A DNA stretch of 64,000 nucleotides from positions 1,029-65,028 of the IMG/VR virus record IMGVR_UViG_3300024433_001307. One strand, written 5' to 3'. The translations under genes were made by a program, and so were the position numbers. Below are positions 8,824 through 16,876 of the stretch, piece by piece. This DNA is from a virus. Lineage: Duplodnaviria > Caudoviricetes. The notes beneath the pieces were generated by a model. It was not told the DNA's origin. It ran no database searches and saw only the letters and a list, made by a program, of their open reading frames with translations. Positions within the stretch are counted from its first letter, which is position 1, and the number at the start of each line of letters is the position of its first letter.

Positions 8824-9845
8824 GCAAATAATCCTTCTCTGTGAAATCGAAGAGCCCAAGGCCATTTTGGAAGAGAATTACTCAATGCCTGAAAATAAAA
8901 AAGATTGGCTCTCATTCTACTTTGGTAATCGTTTGTGACACCTGGTTTTTGTATACCCTTTTTTATCGAACCTACAGGAACATTTATGGTATTAAGCCAC
9001 TCCTTTACATGGTCTCTTTCTCTCTTTGAAATAGTATAGAAATGTTTTCTTCCTATTTTTATTCTTGGTGATTCATTTGATACAGCAAGTGCGAATGGAG
9101 ATTTATCAAAACCAAATTCGCCTTCTTTCTTACGTGGAATATATATACCTCCCCAACCTCCCATTTTTGTCCACGAGGCAGAGTCCACCCCCCACCAAGG
9201 ATATCTTGTCAATAAATCATAGGAGGTACAAGCCAATCCATGAGCTTTGACTATGGGCATACCTTTTGAATCCGTTAACACATTCAACCAAATCTCATCC
9301 AAGATAGGTTGAACAATAGAAAATCGATTAGGAGAAATTCCACCTATACAAATAATTTGATAACCTTCTTTTATATATCTTTTCAACCATTTTACATCAT
9401 TACCTATATGAAATACAGGTAGAGGATGACATCCTTTACTTTCCATGTATTTTAGAGACTTGTAAGATTCCTCTGCATTATTTATCACATCAAGATTGAT
9501 ATAAGCATATAGATATTTGCTGTGTTTTTTGATAAACCTTATGTAGGAATCTCGAAATTTTCTGAATTCATTTGTCTTGTAATATGTAAAATCCAAACTT
9601 ACTCTATTTATGAAATGCGTTCCAGGTCCATGTTGTTCTCCTCGAACTGGTTTTGTTTTCTTTTTTAATTTCTCGATATCGGAAGGTTGAAGAAGATTGA
9701 ATCCATCCTCTTCGTATAATATCTTTTCCTTCCATTTTGCAATTCTCCATCGAGGTACAAATAATCCTGCTTCTCTATTTTTCTTCACAAATTTATTATA
9801 TAGGTATGTCGCTCCTGAATCCAATATCAACAAAGGACATTCCAT
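8820..9845 (-). CDS. dpdA: TGT-fold DNA 7-deazaguanine transglycosylase
   Basis: ILDSGA, NLDVI, PLPVFH, CIGG, AHGLA and YPWWGVDSASW motifs; lies inside a folE/queD/queE cluster. Confidence 0.82.
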   Translation of the reverse strand: MECPLLILDSGATYLYNKFVKKNREAGLFVPRWRIAKWKEKILYEEDGFNLLQPSDIEKLKKKTKPVRGEQHGPGTHFINRVSLDFTYYKTNEFRKFRDSYIRFIKKHSKYLYAYINLDVINNAEESYKSLKYMESKGCHPLPVFHIGNDVKWLKRYIKEGYQIICIGGISPNRFSIVQPILDEIWLNVLTDSKGMPIVKAHGLACTSYDLLTRYPWWGVDSASWTKMGGWGGIYIPRKKEGEFGFDKSPFALAVSNESPRIKIGRKHFYTISKRERDHVKEWLNTINVPVGSIKKGIQKPGVTNDYQSRMRANLFYFQALSNSLPKWPWALRFHREGLFA

Positions 9846-10991
9846 TTATTTTCTCCATATCACTTTGAGCATATTCTTCCAAGAATCATCATGTCGAAGA
9901 TGTATCCAAGCTCTTTTATCTATCTCTTCTTCTGTCCATAAATCATCTCTATCCAAAATTGATATGACTTTATTTACAGCACTTTGCAAATTCAAATGTT
10001 CATACATAAATGACATATCATAATTGAATGCTTCGGGGAAAGAACGAAAATAAGGATAGATAGGATAACAGCCGGCAACACTTGCTTCCAATAAACATAT
10101 TGAAATAAAGTCCTGATTGGCCGTATTCATTTGGATTTTTGCTCTACATAATTCATTGTAATATTCTTCCTTTGTCAAACCTTCTTTGAGAATTATGTTA
10201 TTTGGATATTCTGCTATCAATCTTTTCAGACCATCTATGAGCATCTGATTATTACTTTTCAATCTATTAAAAGATGTGCATATCACAAATTCTGCTTTGG
10301 GTCTTTGTTTTATTACTTCAACAGCCACCTTCATAAAGAAACCGGGATTCTTTTCAACATCCCATCTACTGCTGAATATTATTTTGTTTTCCCTTTCAAT
10401 GATTGTTCCTTCAGGCATTCTTTCTCTTACTTCTTCGGAACTGAAGATATGTCCTATAATATGAATTTTTTCTCTCTCACATACTCCTCCAAGATAGAGC
10501 AAATCTTTTAAGCAAACGGAATTTACGAATATTCCAGTTAATGCTGCTGCTATTCCTTTTTCAAAATGTCTCATCCAATGTCTCATAGGATAAGTGAAAT
10601 CAAATTCATCAACACTTTGAGCATGACAAAAGGCAAACATTGAAGGATGAATATTGAATAGATGAAAAGCATATGGAAGAGCTTCTATTCCTGGATGCCA
10701 AAAGTCATCGAAATAAATACTATCTGAATTTTTGATTATTCCTTCTTCCAATAATATCAATAATTGTTCAATCTGAGAGAAAGCCCATATTGAACGACCT
10801 ATAGCATCCAAGACCTGTCCTGTCTTAATTGCTTCACCAGTTGATTTGCCCTCTATTCTTTTGTAGGAGATATTAAGTTTTATCCAATTCCTCTCCAACC
10901 AACCTGTTTTGGGAGCCGACCATTGCATGGTATATCTTTCTTTGTGTGATTCTAATGGACAGTAATACATCATTATATTATACCTCCACAT
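9846..10991 (-). CDS. GT-B (GT4-like) glycosyltransferase in the deazaguanine operon
   Basis: IIFSSRWDVEKNP...QDFISICLLEASVAGCYP...SFPE is a GT4-type C-terminal domain. The true start is probably at MMYYCPLE, about 10970. Confidence 0.8.
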   Translation of the reverse strand: MWRYNIMMYYCPLESHKERYTMQWSAPKTGWLERNWIKLNISYKRIEGKSTGEAIKTGQVLDAIGRSIWAFSQIEQLLILLEEGIIKNSDSIYFDDFWHPGIEALPYAFHLFNIHPSMFAFCHAQSVDEFDFTYPMRHWMRHFEKGIAAALTGIFVNSVCLKDLLYLGGVCEREKIHIIGHIFSSEEVRERMPEGTIIERENKIIFSSRWDVEKNPGFFMKVAVEVIKQRPKAEFVICTSFNRLKSNNQMLIDGLKRLIAEYPNNIILKEGLTKEEYYNELCRAKIQMNTANQDFISICLLEASVAGCYPIYPYFRSFPEAFNYDMSFMYEHLNLQSAVNKVISILDRDDLWTEEEIDKRAWIHLRHDDSWKNMLKVIWRK

Positions 10992-11914
10992 CTTATTCCG
11001 CTAAGCATCCAAGTCGCAAGACGTTGATTGCCCTGTATAAAATCACCTATTATTCCTTGAGATTTTGGTTTGTATATTTTGATTCCATAAATCAATTGAC
11101 TATAATAGTTGGTTCTTTCCAAACTTATTATATTGTATTCTTGGGAGAGGAGGCTATTGGGTATCCAGGATGGTCTGGTTCTGGCTATCTTTCCATTAAC
11201 CCACTTACCTTTTCCTATTCCCTGATATCCATCATACGGATAAAAGAATTGACCACAGGCATACCATACACCATTGTTGAAATGTATAGATCTCTTGAGT
11301 GATACAGGTTTCATCCATCTGGCATTCTCTGCGATAGATTCTTTTGTTTCGCCAGGTAAACAAGTCATATTGAGATAATATATGACTATCTTTTTGGTGG
11401 GTATGTAATCTTTTACCTTTTTGAATAAAGCCACATTTTCAAGACCTATTTCAATAATTCTCAACCCACAATCATATAGATAATCCTCTCCAAATTTTTC
11501 CAATATCTTAATTGTACTTTTATAATCGGACATGGCAAGCCATTGTATCTTTTGCTTCTTCAAGAGGATTAGAATTCTATCCATGCTGTTATTATAGAAG
11601 AGATTTTCATCCATGAAATGAATGTTCTCGTTTTTATATTGACTGAGAATATATTTATAATTACCAAAGTGTATACGACCCTTATGTGTTATAGCTGTGG
11701 GACAGAAAGGGCATTGATTGGGACAACCCACACTCAATAAAGCAGGTCGGGCATGGATATAAGGATATATGTGCAAATCACAATCATATCCATCCCAATC
11801 ATTTTTGGTTTCAAGTAACTTCTTAAATCGATTGATATTTTGATACTTTCCATCTAATACTTGTTGAAAATAATCAACAGGTGTCTTGAATGTTACAATC
11901 CTTTTTCCATTCAT
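10973..11914 (-). CDS. Radical SAM enzyme
   Basis: SVGCPNQCPFC (CxxxCxxC), FMDENL, EIGLEN, LPGET. Confidence 0.85.
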   Translation of the reverse strand: MNGKRIVTFKTPVDYFQQVLDGKYQNINRFKKLLETKNDWDGYDCDLHIYPYIHARPALLSVGCPNQCPFCPTAITHKGRIHFGNYKYILSQYKNENIHFMDENLFYNNSMDRILILLKKQKIQWLAMSDYKSTIKILEKFGEDYLYDCGLRIIEIGLENVALFKKVKDYIPTKKIVIYYLNMTCLPGETKESIAENARWMKPVSLKRSIHFNNGVWYACGQFFYPYDGYQGIGKGKWVNGKIARTRPSWIPNSLLSQEYNIISLERTNYYSQLIYGIKIYKPKSQGIIGDFIQGNQRLATWMLSGIRCGGII

Positions 11915-11917
11915 AAT

Positions 11918-12250
11918 CTATTCTCTCTCTATTGTGGCTCCGTTTTCACCGTCCTCACTTACTTTGACATATTCAGCTGTAAATTCATTAAACAATCTTT
12001 TGGCAATCATTTCACAAGACAATTCAAATCTTTTTCGCTCAAAATGTTTCTTTATATATTCATTTACCTCATCTTTGAATTGAAGAAATTCAATATCTCT
12101 GTCATCATGTCGTACTGCTACACCTATTTCAACTTCGAATATATGTCGATGATATGCCCTTAGGAAATAAACTTCTTCAGGAGCATCCTTCCAGCGATGA
12201 AAGGCTTCAAATATGGTAGTTATCCATATTGTTGTTTTCATTTCAATCAC
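11918..12250 (-). CDS. Second T-fold QueD paralogue (possibly a DpdL-like CDG decarboxylase)
   Basis: FEAFHRW...HRHIFEV...RDIEF...SCEMIA...VSEDGENGA; a PTPS/QueD-like fold distinct from the canonical QueD in the same operon. Confidence 0.7.
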   Translation of the reverse strand: MIEMKTTIWITTIFEAFHRWKDAPEEVYFLRAYHRHIFEVEIGVAVRHDDRDIEFLQFKDEVNEYIKKHFERKRFELSCEMIAKRLFNEFTAEYVKVSEDGENGATIERE

Positions 12251-13151
12251 CTTTCTTTATTAAGGTTAATAATTCAACTCTGGTATTATGACTGGTATTG
12301 AAAGAACCTGTCAAAGAAGAGGTTGTCATTATGGAATGCTGTTTCTTTACACCACGAGCTATCATACATAGATGTTGAGCTTCCAAAATACAAGCTGAAC
12401 CGTGAGGTTCTATCATTTCATCCAAAGCTTCTGTAATCTGTTGACAAAGTCTTTCTTGTATTTGAAGACGCCTTGAAAATATCTCTAAAAGTCGTATCAA
12501 TTTGGATGCTCCTATCACTTTACCTTTTGGAATATATGCTATATGAGCTTTTCCATAGAAGGGTAGCATGTGATGTTCACAAGTTGAATAGAATTCGATA
12601 TCTTTAACAAGAACCATTTCATCACAGGTATCATCTTTGAATACCTTAATAATTTCTGATGGTTTTTGTTGATAGCCACCGAATAATGTTTTGTATGATT
12701 TGATAACTCTGTCTGGGGTCTCCTTCAATCCTTCTCGCTCCGGGTCATCCCCTATATATTCAATCAATCTTCTTACATTATCAATTGGACCTTTCTCCTT
12801 ACACATCCTCTCCCATGGAAAAGAAATCCAAATTCCTTTCAGAGATTTATGTTCTCTGGTTTTATCTATCAAAGCATAAAAGGATAACGAATGTCCATAT
12901 TTAGATGTAAATTTATCTCTTGTACTTCCAGTATCAATAATATCATCAATGAAAATACAATCATTATCCGGCTTTTCTACGAGATAAGCCTCCCCTTCTG
13001 TAAAAGATAAAACGGCTTGAGCAGCATAAATTCCTCCTCGTGGAATACCATATATTTTCACGGCTCGTTTTGTATATATCAAATCTATTTTTGATGCTAT
13101 ATCCATGGCGTTGTATTGGACATTATCCCAAGTAAAGTTCATTGTTTGCAT
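12243..13151 (-). CDS. folE: Type I phosphoribosyltransferase fused to GTP cyclohydrolase I
   Basis: N-half: GIPRGG, IDDIIDTGST and WISFPWE (Gpt-like PRTase). C-half: REGLKETPDRV, STCEHHMLPF, RRLQIQERL and HLCMIARGV (FolE). Confidence 0.93.
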   Translation of the reverse strand: MQTMNFTWDNVQYNAMDIASKIDLIYTKRAVKIYGIPRGGIYAAQAVLSFTEGEAYLVEKPDNDCIFIDDIIDTGSTRDKFTSKYGHSLSFYALIDKTREHKSLKGIWISFPWERMCKEKGPIDNVRRLIEYIGDDPEREGLKETPDRVIKSYKTLFGGYQQKPSEIIKVFKDDTCDEMVLVKDIEFYSTCEHHMLPFYGKAHIAYIPKGKVIGASKLIRLLEIFSRRLQIQERLCQQITEALDEMIEPHGSACILEAQHLCMIARGVKKQHSIMTTSSLTGSFNTSHNTRVELLTLIKKGD

Positions 13152-13753
13152 TATCTAATCCTAATTATCTTTTGTATTTGCACACTCAATTTCCATTTTG
13201 GATTCCTCAAAACAAAATCCACAGCTGGTTTGTAATTCTCAGAGCAAGGTTGAACAAAGGCCAAACCTTTTTCAAATTTATCTTCCAAATAATGTTCGTA
13301 TTTAGTAGGGTCATTGCTTTCTGTTAGGACAACCTTTACTTCGTGAGCCATTCTAAGGCTTCTAATCATTTCGGTACTAAAATACTTTGGACTTACTGTT
13401 ATCCAATCCAATAATCCTTTATCTTTCAAAGGACGTATTCTATCTGGGTTGGTTCCATTTGTTTCTATTGCTATTATTGCAGAATTTGATATCTCCAATC
13501 TTTCCAATAATCCTCTCAAAGGATATATTGTGGGTTCTCCTCCTGTTAAAACAATCAAAGGACATTTAGAATTATAAGCCTTAACTGCACAAACTATCTG
13601 CTTTGCTGATAATTCTACCTTTTTGGAATGGTCTGTATCACACCAAGAGCAATTCAAATTACAACCGGCAAAACGAATGAAGACAGCAGGCATACCAGCA
13701 TTACTTCCCTCACCTTGGATGGAATAAAAGATTTCATTTATGGGATATAACAT
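13151..13753 (-). CDS. queE: 7-carboxy-7-deazaguanine synthase
   Basis: EIFYSIQGEG, RFAGCNLNCSWCDT, LTGGEP, IETNGT, TVSPK. Confidence 0.95.
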   Translation of the reverse strand: MLYPINEIFYSIQGEGSNAGMPAVFIRFAGCNLNCSWCDTDHSKKVELSAKQIVCAVKAYNSKCPLIVLTGGEPTIYPLRGLLERLEISNSAIIAIETNGTNPDRIRPLKDKGLLDWITVSPKYFSTEMIRSLRMAHEVKVVLTESNDPTKYEHYLEDKFEKGLAFVQPCSENYKPAVDFVLRNPKWKLSVQIQKIIRIR

Positions 13754-14106
13754 GCCACATTCCCCTCACTTTCCTGAACGGTGACTTTCGAAACCCAACT
13801 TCTGTTGCTATCCTCGTCTCTATGAATATCTAATTCCTTTTCAATTTCATCCCTTATCCATTTTGCTATATTCTCGGCTGTTGGTTGTTTGATAAAATTA
13901 TTTAGATTTCGATGGTCTAACCTATTCACAATTTCGCTTATGTGAGTAAAATCTATTACCATCCCTTCTTCGTTCAATTCTTCGGCACACACTTCTACTT
14001 CAATAATCCAATTGTGGCCATGTTGTCTGGTACAAGGTGATTTATAGGGAAGGTCCAATTGATGCAAGCCTGCTATCTCTATTCGTTTTGTTGCGGTATA
14101 TCCCAT
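13738..14106 (-). CDS. queD: 6-carboxy-5,6,7,8-tetrahydropterin synthase
   Basis: H...C...HGHNW, GMVIDF, LDH, PTAENIA. Confidence 0.95.
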   Translation of the reverse strand: MGYTATKRIEIAGLHQLDLPYKSPCTRQHGHNWIIEVEVCAEELNEEGMVIDFTHISEIVNRLDHRNLNNFIKQPTAENIAKWIRDEIEKELDIHRDEDSNRSWVSKVTVQESEGNVACYIP

Positions 14107-14108
14107 GT

Positions 14109-14693
14109 CTATTTGACGGAATAGTTGCCGTCTTTATTGCTCTTGATAAATCCTTTTTCTTCCAGGTCGTTGAGATGCGTTCTTATCCGTTGAACTGGTA
14201 GCTTACATTCCTTTGCCAATGTCTCCACACTTTTAGGTTCCTTTGATAGGCATGAATCTATCAAAGCACCTTGCGTTCCCAACCGTCTCCCAAAAGCATC
14301 TATTCCCTTTTCCTTTTTTACTGCTTCTTTTTTCTTTGTTGTCTTCTTCTCATTCTCAGTTGTCTTTTTCTTTTTGTTTTTGCTCTTTGACATCGTAGTC
14401 TCCTTTTCCAAATTTTCGTTTTTGTCTTTTTCTTTTTCATCTACAACCTCTATTACTTTTCCCTTTTTCAAGGCCTTCAATATTCTATCCAGGAATTTTT
14501 GGGCTTTGGGATTGGGTAATTCGACTTCGTTCTCGCCAATATAATCCGGCAGATTTTTTATCTTCCTCTCGAACCTCTTGCAATCCCAGTTATTGGCGGT
14601 CTTGAAACCGAGCATCTTATACAGCTTCACCAATAATGCTCTTCTCACTGTGATGGTTTCAACTTTGGTTTCTGTTTTCTCGCTTGAACTCAT
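14109..14693 (-). CDS. Hypothetical DNA-binding protein with a C-terminal winged HTH
   Basis: SVETLAKECKLPVQRIRTHLNDLEEKGFI looks wHTH-like; Lys-rich linker. Confidence 0.55.
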   Translation of the reverse strand: MSSSEKTETKVETITVRRALLVKLYKMLGFKTANNWDCKRFERKIKNLPDYIGENEVELPNPKAQKFLDRILKALKKGKVIEVVDEKEKDKNENLEKETTMSKSKNKKKKTTENEKKTTKKKEAVKKEKGIDAFGRRLGTQGALIDSCLSKEPKSVETLAKECKLPVQRIRTHLNDLEEKGFIKSNKDGNYSVK

Positions 14694-14710
14694 CTTATTT
14701 TATCTCCTAT

Positions 14711-15283
14711 TTATTTTTTCTTTTTGGTTTTCTTGGTCTTCGTTTTCTTGGTCTTCTTTGATGAAAGCATTCTTTTTATTTTGGCTTCTGGGAATTTTTG
14801 TCTCATAGCCCGACCTAAACACATATCGGTTATTGGGTCAAAGAATTCCTCTTTCATCTTTTTTAAGTTTCTTGCCGTCTCCGGGTCGAGTGATTTGGCT
14901 TTACTAAGTCCATCTACAATTTTGGAAGCCAGTGTGGTTGGTTTTTGTATTCGCGGTCTCCTCTCGTTAAATAGTATTTTATCTATATACTCACCATTGC
15001 GAAGTACAAAACCAATCCCATTTACTATTTGTATCCAATAAGGTTTTTTATTTTTATAAAAATAATTATCAAGTTGGAATCTTAATTCTTTTCTAAAGTC
15101 GATGAAGAGTCTCCATTGATATGTTTTTCTTTTTGGAAAGCTCTTAATTTTCAAAAATTTGCGAAGCCATCTTTCAAAAGTGTATATTTCATCAATAATC
15201 TGTTCCGCCATTATTTTTTCTGCAATCCTTTCAATAGAATATCTTATGCCATTGTTTCTGTATTTTATGTATTTGCTACTCAC
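14711..15283 (-). CDS. Hypothetical basic protein
   Basis: 190-aa ORF coupled to parB, with a KKTKKT tail. Confidence 0.55.
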   Translation of the reverse strand: MSSKYIKYRNNGIRYSIERIAEKIMAEQIIDEIYTFERWLRKFLKIKSFPKRKTYQWRLFIDFRKELRFQLDNYFYKNKKPYWIQIVNGIGFVLRNGEYIDKILFNERRPRIQKPTTLASKIVDGLSKAKSLDPETARNLKKMKEEFFDPITDMCLGRAMRQKFPEAKIKRMLSSKKTKKTKTKKTKKKK

Positions 15284-16296
15284 TTTGTTTTTCCTATGAT
15301 TTGTTTAGAAACTTTTCTTTGTTCAATTTCAAACTTTTTGAATTCATTCATTAAATCTCTTAAAGCAATTTCTGCTCCGAGTACATTTATACCTTTTATT
15401 TCTGTGACTTTCATTTTGGAGAGAAGTTCTCTAAGTTGTGTTATCCTGGCCACTAATTTTTTAGAGGCTTTCTCAATATCCTCAATAGCCATTTCAGCTT
15501 TATGAAAATTATCGCTTCTTTTCTTTGGTGTTACTATGCTTTTAACAATTTGTTTTATACCGCGTCCTCCTGATGGTATACCTTTTTTCTTTTCCTTTTT
15601 TCGTTTATCCTGCTCTTTGATGACTTTTTTTGCTACCTCTTTTTGTTTTTTTTCAGGCACAGGATTTTTCTTATTTGTAACAGCCTCTTTGAATTCTTTG
15701 ACTTGATAAGGTATTTTGAATAGTATAACTGCTTCTCTGTCTATCTCTTTTTCTGCCTCGCTTTTGAGAATATCAAGAGCAATGTCTATTTCGTTTGATG
15801 TCCATTTGGTTTTATTTTTGTTTAGGAATTTGAGGATGGTTGTTTGACCAACACCCTTGGTTTTTGTTTCTGTGTAAGCTGTTTGATTCTTGAATAAACA
15901 TCTCATAAATTTATGAGATGTTGCCCAGTCATACTTTGCCAACTCCTCATCCAGAAACTTTTTAGTCTGCTCCACCAAATTCAACATCGTTCCGATATCT
16001 TGTTTGACATCTCTATTTTCCTCCGCCATTGCTAATAACATATCAGCATCATTATAATTCAATACCGTCATTGAAATTGTGGTATACCTTAATTCTTTTA
16101 GTGCTTCAATCCGATGATGTCCGAATGCAAGCTGATATTTATCTTTTTTAATTGGATGTGGACGACAGACAATTCCCTTCCAAAATTTCAAACCTTTAAT
16201 ACTACCTTTGAGTTTAGCCACTCTTTCCTTATCTATGGGATATTTCTTCAGGTCTTTGAATGGATTTGGTTCTAAATCTTTTATTGCAATTTTCAT
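15280..16296 (-). CDS. ParB/Srx N-terminal domain protein
   Basis: LEPNP...YQLAFGHHRIEALKEL...EEN matches the ParB arginine patch. Confidence 0.8.
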   Translation of the reverse strand: MKIAIKDLEPNPFKDLKKYPIDKERVAKLKGSIKGLKFWKGIVCRPHPIKKDKYQLAFGHHRIEALKELRYTTISMTVLNYNDADMLLAMAEENRDVKQDIGTMLNLVEQTKKFLDEELAKYDWATSHKFMRCLFKNQTAYTETKTKGVGQTTILKFLNKNKTKWTSNEIDIALDILKSEAEKEIDREAVILFKIPYQVKEFKEAVTNKKNPVPEKKQKEVAKKVIKEQDKRKKEKKKGIPSGGRGIKQIVKSIVTPKKRSDNFHKAEMAIEDIEKASKKLVARITQLRELLSKMKVTEIKGINVLGAEIALRDLMNEFKKFEIEQRKVSKQIIGKTK

Positions 16297-16511
16297 ATCT
16301 CCATCCCTTTACTATCAGTTATTCGGACTTTATAAATCTTGCTGCATTCGGCATAAAATTCCCTTTTGCAATTCTCACAGGTGGCCATTAAGCTCACACA
16401 ACCATTACATTCATAATCGAAACCTCCGCCAAATTGTAATTCTGCTCCACAAGAACAAATTGCTTCTGCAAAATCATCTATTGTGTATTGTTTTCCTTTT
16501 TCAATTATCAC
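16293..16511 (-). CDS. Small zinc-ribbon protein
   Basis: CSCG and CENC motifs. Confidence 0.55.
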   Translation of the reverse strand: MIIEKGKQYTIDDFAEAICSCGAELQFGGGFDYECNGCVSLMATCENCKREFYAECSKIYKVRITDSKGMEI

Positions 16512-16551
16512 TTTTTATCCTTTCCAAAAATGCTGCTCATATTATATTATC

Positions 16552-16875
16552 TTACTTTTTCCGCAAGGCTTCCAAACTTTTTTTCAATTCTTCATAGATT
16601 TTTTCAATTTCCTCTCCTAATCCATTCCAACGACTACTTTGACCTACTGCTAATATCTGGACTAAAACCCTACCATCGCTGATTAAGTCCTCAACGAAAT
16701 CCCTTAGTTCTCTTTTTTCTTCCATGGTTAATCTTTCCAAGATTTTTTCACCGTGTCTTTTCAAAAATCTGATTTTCCCGAATTCGCAGCATTGTAACCA
16801 ATGTTTGATACATAAAGGAATCTTCAACCAAATCACATATATTACACTGCTGCAATATCGACATCGACCTTTCAT
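16552..16875 (-). CDS. Hypothetical protein
   Basis: 107-aa ORF directly after the helicase; N-terminal CRYC...CIKH. Confidence 0.55.
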   Translation of the reverse strand: MKGRCRYCSSVIYVIWLKIPLCIKHWLQCCEFGKIRFLKRHGEKILERLTMEEKRELRDFVEDLISDGRVLVQILAVGQSSRWNGLGEEIEKIYEELKKSLEALRKK

Positions 16876-16876
16876 T

